From assembly GCF_001194135.2 (NCBI RefSeq), contig NC_068990.1, positions 80,330,791 through 80,394,790 of the forward strand: DNA of 64,000 nt, given 5' to 3'. The DNA comes from Octopus bimaculoides (Eukaryota). This document shows positions 25,496-38,800 of the stretch, piece after piece (position 1 is the first letter of the stretch; each line of letters begins with the position of its first letter). A program made the position numbers and the translations under genes. Below the pieces are notes generated by a model that had not been told where the DNA came from, did no database searches, and saw only the letters and a program-made list of their open reading frames with translations.

Positions 25496-27084
25496 AACAA
25501 GAATCTACAGCATTCTTTTCTTTTTTTCTTTTACTTGTTTCAGTCCAAATGCACCTAGAGTTGACTATGCCTTTTATCCTTAGAGGATCGATAATATATA
25601 AGTACCAGCTAAATAGTAGGGTCGATACAACCACTTACATTTTCCCCAAAATTTTTCCAAAATATAATTGGTTGTAAACGTTGTAATTGACATAGATTTT
25701 GTAACTAAAAAATCAATTAAGAAACATTGAAATAATTTTATATTTTTTTGTGAAAAATTAGGTCATTATATTTCTTTGCAACAAAATTACTTAATTTTTC
25801 CAATTTCCGTATCTATAACACAGTAAACAACAGTGAATATGAACTGACATTCCTGTAACTAAATAGCACTAATTAATAACCTCGGGTCGCATTCTTCACG
25901 GAAATGAGATTTAGAAAGTGCATTTTGGCGCATATAAGATCGATATTATAATCTTCCGCATAATTGCATATATAAACTAATCTAAAACTCTTCAAACGTG
26001 TCTTTTTTCAGTGCCGAAATCCATCGATTATTATTTATGAAAACTGATGGGCACAACGCAGAACATAGAGGAAGGCTTAAGATTGATCTACCTGAATGTT
26101 TGCTTGATGAAGGTTTGTTTCCAAATAAACAATACAGCAATAGGAGTAAATATATCTGATATATATAAAATATAATTATAGCCGTTATATAGAGCGTTAT
26201 ATTCAACATGATCATCTCAATAACATAACAACATGCGCCAATGAAGGAGTCAATCTATAAGTTTTCTAAGTGTTAAAAACAGCACGCAACTCCCCTTCAA
26301 ATCTTACACCGATGAATGTAATTATATATGCAGTAATACTGAAACTGAAAACATGAAAAGAAGCTTGATCTTAGATGTGCTCTGTCAAAATGTATTTCAC
26401 GCTAAACAACTGAAGCAATACTTAGAATATAAAATGAACACTGAGAACATGACTGACCTAGAAAAGATACATGCGGCCGCGTAATTTCTTAAAATATATG
26501 TCCCAAACTTCCCTCAATCCCACAATTTTGTCTCAAATTATGGAACAGCATATTGGATAATGTACTTCTTGATACACCACACATGAAACTAAAATAGTAT
26601 TGTCACTGCTTTTGAGGAAAGATCTACTGAGGATAACCCGCTACGAAAATGACAACAGAAGAAAATATTTCTAAGCTTCTAAGGTATGCAAAATACAATC
26701 ATATGAAACCTAAGTGAACCTTTCTTTCGCCGGTGTTTTTAGATTTGTGACACATATATTGTCAATTCTATAGACGAGGATTTATTTTATAATATCGTCA
26801 GACAGAATGGCAATGTCCGTCTCACTTTACTGGACATCCAAGTCTTGCGGAAAGGAAGTGAGAATGAAAGTCTCTTCAGAATGAAATCTTGACTGAAATG
26901 CTTGCAATACCTAAGATCCTGGGTCAGGCTGTTGAACCAGGCATTGAATGAAGTATAGCACCGAATAAACTGACGTCGGAAAATGAACTCGGGTTTCAAA
27001 GAGCCGGAACAAATATAGCAATGCCTCCCCTCCGTCGTTCTCATAGACCTGCCAATCCCCTGTCCTGGATTACTGCTGTATGTC

Positions 27085-27195
27085 AACACAGAGAGGGAAA
27101 GGCAAAATTGACTCGGCGGGATTTGAACTTAGAAGCCAGAGACTCAAGACAAATACTTCGAAGCACATTAGCGAACGTTCTAATGGCTGTTAGTT
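27085..27195 (-). mobile_element. Partial SINE family A copy
   Basis: GAAAGGCAAAATTGACTCGGCGGGATTTGAACTTAGAA matches the reverse complement of the family A body. Confidence 0.7.
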
Positions 27196-30100
27196 GATAA
27201 GAAATTGGTTTGAGCATATTCGTGCAAATTTCTGAACAGTTTTTTGTTGTTCTTTATGTTTACTGTCAAGTCAATCACCATGCAAAAGACGAAGATATGC
27301 AAGTCATATTCTTATTAATATGCAAGACTAAATGATCTCATGTATCACCTCTTTATAACAGACAACAATATATTCCTACAGGATTTTTGTTACCATTGTA
27401 AAGATTGTCTCCTTAACCTCCTCGTAGTTTCTCTTCTATTTGTGCAGCACTTCTTCATACATAATTTCAATGACTGAATATGTTAAAGGACTAGTATGAA
27501 TTCATGGAGACGTGATTAAATAGAAGCACTTTTTATAGATGGTCAATAATTATCATACTGTATATGTATATTGAATAAAGCTTCAGACGTCTATAGTAAC
27601 TAGCAACTTAATTACTTTCACAGAAATGGACACTTGAATCTGATCCATCTATAGTAATTAGTTACACACTTTTTGTTTTATCTCAAACAGAATCCTTAGA
27701 CATTCATGATAATTAGACCTTTACGTTTTGTGGAAAGAGGTCTGATATATCGATAGTCATTTGCAACGTACCTGCAATAGAAGTCTGAGATATCCCCAGT
27801 AATTAGCCAAATAAATAATTAGTTATGTCTGAAATAAAAGGCTGAACCATTTATAGTAATTAACCAGCTAAATGTTAATAAATTGAATGCAAGGTCGAAC
27901 CACGTATAACAATTTGACAGCTAATTAATTTCATCTGTACAAAACAACGCGGAAGCATCTATGCTGTCACTCATCTTGCGACGAATAACTGAGAAAATTT
28001 CCCCAAACTTTTCTCTACTGCGAAAACGACACACTGAATGGCTGGATCGTGATTTTCATAGAGCTACATTTTTTCATAGATCTTTGTTTAAAGGCATTCT
28101 TTAAACGAACCATTGACCTAAAATTTTATTTGGTACACAAACTTGTACACTGATAGAAATAGAGACAGCAACGGAAAATTTTGTAAGAGCTCGTAATTTG
28201 CCTTGCTTTTATAACTTCTGGATAAAATGTCGCTCTATTGTAGTTACATGCCTGGATGATCTGGCAATCAGAGAATATTATTATGGAAAAAAATCTTCCG
28301 ATTTTTAGCAAATGACACAATATCGAAATATCGTAATTCTGTGCATGAAATATGAAGTGTAATGATAGGGAAATGGGTCTTTAAGTGTCGGCTCAACATA
28401 CAAGCAATAGCAACTAACTTCCTTGGAATCGCACCCTACTCTTTTAAAAGAGACGATGCATTAGACGATGTAGTCGAAGACACCATTAAAAAGACAGGAT
28501 GGTTAAGGCTGTTCTATCAGCGCTTATGACTCCTCTAAATCAGAGTTCATTTTGGGCTATAGACAGTAGCAAAACTACCAAAAGACTCTCGTAGATACTA
28601 GCGTAGCTTCAGTCACAAAGATCTAAAATAATTAAGCTACATGCTGCATAAAACTTCATCGTCATCGACAACATCCTAGGTAAAGTTCTAGCGAAAAATC
28701 TAATAAATCAGAAAATTGTATCATGTATGCCAATACAATATTAAATAATATTGTTCTAGCTTACATGATACGCTTTTTAGAATTTAATTCCCACCGGCAA
28801 TCGGCTTTGGTATATTATCGTTACAAATCAATAAATAGGTAGCAGCAGTATACGCGGGTCGATTATATCGAATATATCCGACTCATACTCAGAAAGACAC
28901 CAAAATATACTTGTCTCCATAATGGTAAAATGGTTATCTAACATTCTGTTCTCGATGTGTTATAATGCCTGAGAGTAAAACATATTGACTATTCTTCGAT
29001 TCCATTCACACGGAGTTTTGTCAAGTTAATCAATATGTTGACTTGAAATACAACTGCATAATACTTACACTTCAAATGTAACTGTTATTTCTTATTTGGA
29101 ACACTCATTTTGCCTCTTCTATCTATTTATCGACTGAATTTTTTTCTCTCTCATCTATTCAATTGTATAGTTTATATATTTGTGATGTGCGCTATTTTTT
29201 CTGCCAGCTATTTCTTTTTTCTTTTGACTTTTCCTTAAAAGTTCTTTTTTTTTTCTTTTGGTAATTCCTTGAATAATTTTATTTTCGATTTTCTTTCAAT
29301 TGATTTATTTTATTTTATTTATGTAAATGTATTTATTTTTTGCACATATATTTTTGCTGGCATAAAAAATCTGCCATGGAAAATTGTAGAAAGAAAACCT
29401 CTTGATAAATCACAAGTTATGTCCACTGTGTAAAATATATAATTAGACGTACAAAACACAGTTACGAACACACATATGCATATGCAGACACATAATGCAT
29501 GCATATGTATTGGTACTTGCATATATACACACTCAAATACATCGACAGGCACAGACTATAGGCAGAAACTCAGTCAAGTTGATACTACTTATACAAGTGC
29601 TTACTGACTGTGTGAAAGGATGAATAGTTATCAACTGATAGAAAATTTCGAATTTATAAACAATTGAATTCTGAATGTAATAATATTTATACTTCACCCA
29701 ATATATACCAACAGCAGCAGAACATTTGTTTTAAAATGAACTGAAATTACATCATGGATTTGACTGGGACCAATATTAAGTCTATATTTGTTATATATTT
29801 TGATTCACTTTATATCGGCTGTTGAATTTAAAAGTATTTCGTATTATTTTAAAATGATTTGCGTTCTATATTTTCCTCTCACACTCAATATTTTCCTTCC
29901 ACACTCTATATTTTCTCTTTCGCTCTATATGTGCTTGTATGTGAGTATCTGTACGCATGTATGTGAGTATCTGTATGTGAGTATCTGTATGTGAGTATGC
30001 GTTTGTGCATGAAGAGAGAGGAACTGAGTAGCGCGTGAGATAGAACCTGGCAAAAAAGAGAAGAACATTCGCTAGCTTCTCCAAATAACTATAGGCTTCG

Positions 30101-30473
30101 TTGAAAGTTAGAGAACCTCTGTGATGAGTAAACTTCCCATTATTCTTAACAACCACAAAGTCTACGCCTTGTCTACTCAGAAGGGTACATTTATTATACC
30201 CTTCAGGAAAGGAACTGGACTTAGTTTGAAAGTACATATTTGGCGCAAAACACTTTGGTAATGCCTCCTGGATTGCACAAGGAAACAGCAGAATTTAACT
30301 TGTCAAGTAGTATGATTATATAGAAAAGAAAGACTCTGCCGACTTGCTAAATTCGAGAAGCTGAATTCCTGTTTCTCTCCATATTTTAATTTCATCTAGT
30401 AGCTTTGATTTTACCTAACTACCTATGACATTAGTTATCTGTTTCTATTTCTACCATAAAAGCGACACACACT

Positions 30474-30508
<35 letters not shown>

Positions 30509-30990
30509 GCACGCACGCACACGCACGCACACACACACACAAACACACACACACACACACACACGCATTTTTGATGGCAGTCAGCTATATAACGTGTATA
30601 ACTATAGTTAGTTACTGAACTAGGTAACGTACGTAAGTGTTTCTTAGCTAAATACAATGTGGGAATATGACAACTGTCAGCATCTGCAGGTGTATGTCAC
30701 TTCAGACTAACAATAGAAAGACAAAATTTAGTACATGATTGCTAGTCATATTGTTTTAGGTGGTGAAGAGTTTTTACTAGTGGTTATCAAATCCGTCATT
30801 AGCAAGACGTATTCGAATTAAAGATGAGTATTTGAAGGAATTGTTGATATCTATATCGTTTGATTTCTTTGTGTCTCATTCAAACTCTATATTGTGTAAT
30901 GCAATTATCTTCAAAACGCACAGAAGCATTCAGTATATTGTTCCCATGATATGCTCTCAATTAATTAGTACATAATATTTCCTATGAATA

Positions 30991-31390
30991 TTCTTTTCTA
31001 ATCTAGGCACAAGGCCCGAAATTTTAGGGAACGGGGCCGGTCGATTAGATCGACCCCATTATGCAACTGGTACTTAATTTGTCGACACCGAAAGAGTGAA
31101 AGGCAAAGTCGACCTCGGCGGAATTTGAACTCAGAACGTAAAGACAGACGAAATACCTATTTCTTTACTGCCCACAAGGGGCTACACACAGAGGGGACAA
31201 ACAAGGACAGACAAAGGGATTAAGTCGATTACATCGACCCCAGTGCGTAACTGGTACTTAATTTGTCGACGCTGAAAGAGTGAAAGGCAAAGTCGACCTC
31301 GGCGGAATTTGAACTCAAAACGTAAAGACAGACGAAATACTGCTAAGCATTTCGCCCGACGTGCTAATATTTCTGCCAGTTCGCCGCCTT
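30991..31390 (-). mobile_element. Dimeric SINE family A (tRNA-like head; central domain resembling Meta/MESC SINE domain)
   Basis: Two tandem near-identical bodies (ACTGGTACTTAATTTGTCGAC...GAAAGGCAAAGTCGACCTCGGCGGAATTTGAACTC...CGTAAAGACAGACGAAATAC) with different tails. The complete head is at 31345-31390. The domain name is recalled, not verified. Confidence 0.9.
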
Positions 31391-32597
31391 TTCCTGTATG
31401 AATATTACCCATTCCCAGATAACATTTAGGCCAATCATTATATCTGAAGTTTAGTTTGTAACAAGATTTCCTTCCTATAACACAGTCCTCCATGGATGAA
31501 ACACTTTCAGATTCTTTCATTTACCATACAATGCGCAAGCCTGCTTATATCAGTCAGCTGCGTCAAAAGAGGCTGCTGTACTTACAATTTTAATCAGTTG
31601 AAGCTTTCAACATCACTTACCACAGCCAGGAAATACGTACATTTTGTTCAATTCACCTTAGCTGAAAACTCCCTAACTGTTTAACATGCTTTTAGTATCA
31701 TGTCTATATTTCATAGCCATAGAGGAAAAAAGACACATCATGTGTTTAAAAAGAGGCAATTTAGTATAATTTGTTATATATCATTGAGCCTAAAGTAAAG
31801 ATTATAATCTTCCAAAATATATTCAGAGCTTCTGAATTTTATTCGCAGTTACGCCAATATTGTCTCATTATTTTACATATTTTCTAAGGCACTTTGAAGA
31901 CGATATATTGCTCACAGTTTTGCCATGCATCATTACTTGAGAAAGCACTCTAGAATATGGATGATACATAGTTTTATCAAGATTTATTGTGATGTCTTGC
32001 ATATAACACGCTAATGTAAAGTGTTTGATCTCACAATGAAATTTATTGTTAGGAGATTAACGGTGTTTTTCAATATGTGAGGTAATAATATAGTCATGAT
32101 GTTTAAATTGGGCTGTTACCAGAGATAAATTTGCAATATAGCCGGTATACCTTTAATGTTAGTGGGTTTTCTTTTTTAAAGTTTGTCGAAAGAAAGTCTT
32201 ATTTCAGTAATATTATAAGTTTTTTCCAAAAGGTATTTTAATGAAATTTCATGAATGAGTATTCAAAATGGCTACTCAATTCTTGAGAATTATTTTATCA
32301 ATGACTTTTGGCCTTATATATTGTCATTAATTAGTGCAAGTATTCTATGACCATTTCATTATTTTGAACCGTTAATCCCTACACATATATTTCTATCTCC
32401 GTTTTCTTTTTTGGTTCTGCTGCAAGCTATATCGCCTAATTTCACTACATGCTAAATGGTCTAAGAACGATCTGCTGGCATTCCTCAACGTTTCATGTCA
32501 AAGAATTAGAAACAACTCAAGATATATAAACAAAATCGAACATACATACACAATGTTTGTGAGTGTTGTTCTTAAAGCATTTAGCAGATAGACATCG

Positions 32598-32961
32598 TGG
32601 CACTCTGTCGGTTACGACGACGAGGGTTCCAATTCATCCAATCAACGAAAAAGCCGGCTCGTGAAATTAACGTGTAAGTGGCTGAGCACTTCACAGACAC
32701 GTGTGCCCTTAACGTAGTTCTCGGGGAAATTCAGCGTGATACAGTGTGGCCCTTTGAAATACACGTACAACAGAAACAGGAAGAAACAGAGAGAGGAAGT
32801 TGTGGTGAAACAGTATAGGGTTCACCCCCTTTCCCTGCCGGAGCCTCGTGCAGCTTTAGGTGTTTTCGTTCAATAAACACTTACAACGATCGGTCTGGGA
32901 ATCGAAACCACGATCCTACGACTGCGAGTCCGCTGCCCTAACCGCTGGGTTATAGCGCCTC
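32598..32961 (-). mobile_element. Near full-length tRNA-derived SINE (family C)
   Basis: Minus head GGCGCTATAACCCAGCGGTTAGGGCAGCGGACTCGCAGTCGTAGGATCGTGGTTTCGATTCCCAG (A and B boxes), followed by a ~300-nt non-tRNA body ending ...GTCGTCGTAACCGACAGAGTGCCA. Confidence 0.85.
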
Positions 32962-33009
32962 AACATATAGACATAGCAATCGATATAGCTTGCAGCAGGC
33001 CTTTTTCAG

Positions 33010-33085
33010 TATGTGGCATTAATATGTCAAAACAATGAGGAAACATCGGTTTCTATCACCCCGAAAAAGAAAAAAAGGACCGGAT
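33010..33085 (+). CDS. Candidate coding exon (phase 0 to 1), YVALICQNNEETSVSITPKKKKRTG
   Basis: Acceptor cctttttcag|, donor AT|gtaagt, and only one of three frames open. There is no homology evidence. Confidence 0.4.
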
Positions 33086-34841
33086 GTAAGTTGTCTCACT
33101 TGCCTATGACGTACTTTCAGGTGTTTTACACCAGGGGAATTGNNNNNNNNNNNNNNNNNNNNNNNNNNNNNNNNNNNNNNNNNNNNNNNNNNNNNNNNNN
33201 NNNNNNNNNNNNNNNNNNNNNNNNNNNNNNNNNNNNNNNNNNNNNNNNNNNNNNNNNNNNNNNNNNNNNNNNNNNNNNNNNNNNNNNNNNNNNNNNNNNN
33301 NNNNNNNNNNNNNNNNNNNNNNNNNNNNNNNNNNNNNNNNNNNNNNNNNNNNNNNNNNNNNNNNNNNNNNNNNNNNNNNNNNNNNNNNNNNNNNNNNNNN
33401 NNNNNNNNNNNNNNNNNNNNNNNNNNNNNNNNNNNNNNNNNNNNNNNNNNNNNNNNNNNNNNNNNNNNNNNNNNNNNNNNNNNNNNNNNNNNNNNNNNNN
33501 NNNNNNNNNNNNNNNNNNNNNNNNNNNNNNNNNNNNNNNNNNNNNNNNNNNNNNNNNNNNNNNNNNNNNNNNNNNNNNNNNNNNNNNNNNNNNNNNNNNN
33601 NNNNNNNNNNNNNNNNNNNNNNNNNNNNNNNNNNNNNNNNNNNNNNNNNNNNNNNNNNNNNNNNNNNNNNNNNNNNNNNNNNNNNNNNNNNNNNNNNNNN
33701 NNNNNNNNNNNNNNNNNNNNNNNNNNNNNNNNNNNNNNNNNNNNNNNNNNNNNNNATATATATATATATATATATATACATACATATATATACATACGTA
33801 CCCATATATACAATTATTCCCGCACATATAATATATGTGTATGTGTGTAAACTTGTATGTCTCAGCATACCAATCAGCGTATGTGTTTTGCATATTCAGG
33901 AATGTATAGAGAAAATAGATATGCATGATAAATTGCAATGAAATGTATATAATTCCTCTCATATACAATTCAATATGTCCTAGCAATTTCTCTTAGTCAA
34001 ATCCTAATTGAACAACATTCCATAATAATTTCAGAGGAATGCATTTCTCTATGATGAACTGAAAAACAAAAATCACACACAGATAAACAACAATGTAAAA
34101 GAAATAGATAAAAAGGGAAGAAGTAAATGAAACAAGCGACCTAAATTATCTACAAATTATAATTTTTAGTCTGCTTTGCTTTGAAAATAGAAACTGCAAT
34201 ATTCGCTTTCTTCTTGAAATAGCGATCATTACAATAGATTTCCAAGCAGGAAAATGCTAATGCCGTTAATGAGGAACAGACATTTCCCGAGCTGATGAAT
34301 ATAATAGGTTAAAGTGAAGACAATCTTCATTATGTCTAGATAATGTAGATAGCTGACGGGTTACAGCGTTCCATTGGAAACCATCTCTTGTTCATTCCAG
34401 AATAGCATTAATGCATAATTACGGTTGAAACTAAATTAAATAATATTCTTTTTTTTAATTTGGATAAAAAGTAACGCATTCTGATTATGAGTCTTTTTTT
34501 GCAAACTTATGTATTCGATTTCAGTTCAAGTGGGCAAGGGTCCTCTACTATATAACAACGCTTTATGATTATTGATATTCCAAGGGGCGCAACTTAGCCT
34601 TAGATGCCTTTGCGTTAGCACACCTCTCAATAAAATGTACAGTAGCTAGTGGACATATTTAGGTATAAAGCAAGACAATCTGGCGATTAGAAAAGAGTGC
34701 ACAATTTGGTACGTCTTGTAAGATACCTTACCTTCAACATGAAACTAGGTTTCTCAGCAAATATTTAAGATAGTACGCACGCACAAATGCGCAAACATAC
34801 GCTTACACAGACCCATACACCCCCACATGCATATGTATGTG

Positions 34842-34904
<63 letters not shown>

Positions 34905-35918
34905 TTTTCTGCCTATCTATCTGTCTGCCTATGTGTGTGTGTGCACACGTTGAATTACTGAGTTCGAGGTGGAATGTGCAGGTACGTGAAAAATACACTC
35001 AAATGGGACATCCTATTGCATGAACATCAGTGGCCACATGATCTCCTTTTACATGATTTACAGTTACATTTTTCATGATAGCAAGTTTTGATAAAAAGAT
35101 GTAGAACTTCAAATATGTGAAATGTAATGTCTCCTTGTTTGTCAGATCTCTCTGCTAGTATATAATTTTACGTGGCTTAGATAGTTGTAATTAGTGCTTT
35201 AGGAAATGCCGGTAAGCTATGGGGTTCCGTATGGTTAGGTACATTGAGTAAACGAAATGAAAGAAATTAGCAATGTTTATGAGGTAATCTAATAAAGTGA
35301 AAACGCAAAGTCTATAAAATGAGTAATACCATCTCCTAGCTAACTGGGGACTTTAGCGGAAGTCCCTCTGTTTGACGTCCTGCAGTTTTCCGGAAGGTAA
35401 ACATCTTTATATCTCTTTACATAGCTTCTTACACATGTTGTGTACTTTACGCATCAGCTTTCCGTTGAACGATATTTTAGATGGATGTCCTTCTGGGCAG
35501 CACCTTGGGAGACTGCTTATTATATGCCGTATAATTCGTATCCTCTAATCAATTGAACTCGTGACTATCTCTTCAGAGAATACAGGATATCGAGAATCGC
35601 TAATATGATATAATGTTGAGCTATTGATAGAGATGGAAATAAAGCTATTGTCAACTTATAATCGTAGCCACACCCTCTTCTAGCCACAAAAACGTGAAAC
35701 CAAATCAGACCGGAGTAAACCAGACGAGACGAATCGAAACCAAACTAAACCAAAACCAAACTCATTATGAAACTGCCTACGATATACAGTAACGATAAAA
35801 CATAATTCAATTAACTTGTGCCAACCTGAACATTCCATACATTTTTACTAATATCCAAACCACACATGTCGTTTCTTTCTAAGAATAAATTCCTTATCCC
35901 GTTATATATAAACGACCT

Positions 35919-36190
35919 TTGCAGTTGTGGTCGATGAAACAGGTGGTAGTAGTACCAGCAATTATTGGAGCCCTAGGAACAGTGAGTAAAAATCTTAGGA
36001 GGTACATGGAATAAATAGGGGCTGCAATAAGAGTGGAGCACTTGCAGAATACAGCACTGCTTAGAATCGCTCGAATACTCCGGAAAGTGCTCGAAAAATA
36101 AGAGGTGCTACATTAGTTCACTGGTAGTGAACAGCTGACACCATAGTACATCTCCAGCATTAGAAGCTGTGCAAAGGCAATAATAACAAC

Positions 36191-36261
<71 letters not shown>
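35919..36261 (+). mobile_element. 5'-truncated R4/Dong-like LINE 3' end with (AAT)n tail
   Basis: LWSMKQVVVVPAIIGALGTVSKNL...LQNTALLRIARILRKVLEK* is a typical RLE C-terminus. It is followed by a short 3' UTR and an (AAT)n run at 36177-36261. Confidence 0.88.
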
Positions 36262-36263
<2 letters not shown>

Positions 36264-36435
36264 CGAAAGAGAACAGCTGGTTCGACGCATGATTGTGACT
36301 ATCCGATGAACTGGAATGTAAAATACTGAGTAACAGCTTTTGTGATGTTTTGCAGCTATAATATAAAAAGCATACTCTACCTTCGGTATTCGAGTTCTGT
36401 TGTTTCCAACTTGTTTTATGTTTATGTGCTTATTC

Positions 36436-36471
<36 letters not shown>

Positions 36472-36729
36472 NNNNNNNNNNNNNNNNNNNNNNNNNNNNN
36501 NNNNNNNNNNNNNNNNNNNNNNNNNNNNNNNNNNNNNNNNNNNNNNNNNNNNNNNNNNNNNNNNNNNNNNNNNNNNNNNNNNNNNNNNNNNNNNNNNNNN
36601 NNNNNNNNNNNNNNNNNNNNNNNNNNNNNNNNNNNNNNNNNNNNNNNNNNNNNNNNNNNNNNNNNNNNNNNNNNNNNNNNNNNNNNNNNNNNNNNNNNNN
36701 NNNNNNNNNNNNNNNNNNNNNNNNNNNNN

Positions 36730-36760
<31 letters not shown>

Positions 36761-36836
36761 TCATGTGTATGGAGATATATATTTGTATACATACACATAC
36801 AAGCGATTATGTACAAATATATACAGATATGTTTAT

Positions 36837-36882
<46 letters not shown>

Positions 36883-37886
36883 ACACATATATATTTAAAC
36901 AACTATGTGCAATTAATAAATGAGACCAGTCATCATCTACTCAGATCAATCTATATATTATAAGGTTTAGAATCTGTGCCTAGAACCAAATGTCTTATTC
37001 GTTTGAATTCAAAATTTGAAGAAGTTCCATAATACTATTAACGTAATTGAAACATTGAAAAAAAATTGTGTTTGTTATTGTGTATTTTCCTTCATTGTTT
37101 TTCTGATTATTCCGTATATACAGGTGTATGATAATTGCATAATTTGGCATAACATAGAGTGCCACAAATCAGTGAAATTTAATTAGTAAAGTACTTTTAC
37201 TAAAATTTTCCAAATTCTTAGAATACCATGTTATTTAAACAAATGATTTTCGTGGAGTAAAGAATCGTTTAACGATTTAATTAAATTTTTCAATGTAATT
37301 ATTATATCATTGATTTCCCCCTTTACCGCCGACATATAATAAATTCTTGAACTGTTACAGATCTGATTTTGTTTAAATATTGTTGTTATTCAGAGGGCAT
37401 TACACGTAAAATATTTGAGTGCAACGATTTAGGGAAATTCATGCATACAAGGCGAGCAGCCTGGCGTATATAGTAGCATGAAGAAGCATAAACTATTAGA
37501 TTTTTTGTAAACAATTAAAATATTTGAAAACCATTTAAACATCTGAATGACATTTTCTCTGTGCGCATCAGTTGTATATTGAGCAAAGTATAACATTTGT
37601 AAGGAGATGATTTGTAACTGGAACAGCTAGGAAATTAAAGGGTGTAGTAATTATATTAAAAACTCATGTAAATGTTTCCTAGAACATTATAATTCATTTA
37701 GTTACAAATGTAACCATAAAACACAGAAGACATATTTCTCAAATACGAACAATAATCTAGTTTCGTGCATACATAAATATCTCATGAAAATATTACGTAA
37801 ACACAAGCTCACACACACAGATACTACACACACATACTCACACACACATACACAAACACACAAATTACACATATACAAATGCAAAC

Positions 37887-37926
<40 letters not shown>

Positions 37927-38751
37927 TTGCTTAAAAGAGTTCCAACACTGTCTGTTTTTTATGTTTTATTTATATTCCTGCAGAACTAATGTGGGGTATA
38001 GAATATGGAATATACAATATATAATATGATATACAATATACAATATAAAATAAAATAAAATAAAAATGGATGGCACCATGAAAGAAAGTATTGAATGTAG
38101 ATGAAATATTGAGTGTTCAATATAAAGGATCAAATATATAAATATATAAATATAAATATATATATNNNNNNNNNNNNNNNNNNNNNNNNNNNNNNNNNNN
38201 NNNNNNNNNNNNNNNNNNNNNNNNNNNNNNNNNNNNNNNNNNNNNNNNNNNNNNNNNNNNNNNNNNNNNNNNNNNNNNNNNNNNNNNNNNNNNNNNNNNN
38301 NNNNNNNNNNNNNNNNNNNNNNNNNNNNNNNNNNNNNNNNNNNNNNNNNNNNNNNNNNNNNNNNNNNNNNNNNNNNNNNNNNNNNNNNNNNNNNNNNNNN
38401 NNNNNNNNNNNNNNNNNNNNNNNNNNNNNNNNNNNNNNNNNNNNNNNNNNNNNNNNNNNNNNNNNNNNNNNNNNNNNNNNNNNNNNNNNNNNNNNNNNNN
38501 NNNNNNNNNNNNNNNNNNNNNNNNNNNNNNNNNNNNNNNNNNNNNNNNNNNNNNNNNNNNNNNNNNNNNNNNNNNNNNNNNNNNNNNNNNNNNNNNNNNN
38601 NNNNNNNNNNNNNNNNNNNNNNNNNNNNNNNNNNNNNNNNNNNNNNNNNNNNNNNNNNNNNNNNNNNNNNNNNNNNNNNNNNNNNNNNNNNNNNNNNNNN
38701 NNNNNNNNNNNNNNNNNNNNNNNNNNNNNNNNNNNNNNNNNNNNNNNNNNN

Positions 38752-38799
<48 letters not shown>

Positions 38800-38800
<1 letters not shown>

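Noticed and set aside
26800-27080. Frames with recurrent TGA suggesting a mitochondrial-code insert (NUMT) or selenoprotein
   Set aside because: Reading TGA as Trp gives no recognisable mitochondrial protein, and no SECIS was seen.
30991-31390. CRISPR-like or regularly spaced repeats
   Set aside because: The repeats are SINE monomers in a eukaryotic context, with no repeat-spacer periodicity and no cas genes.
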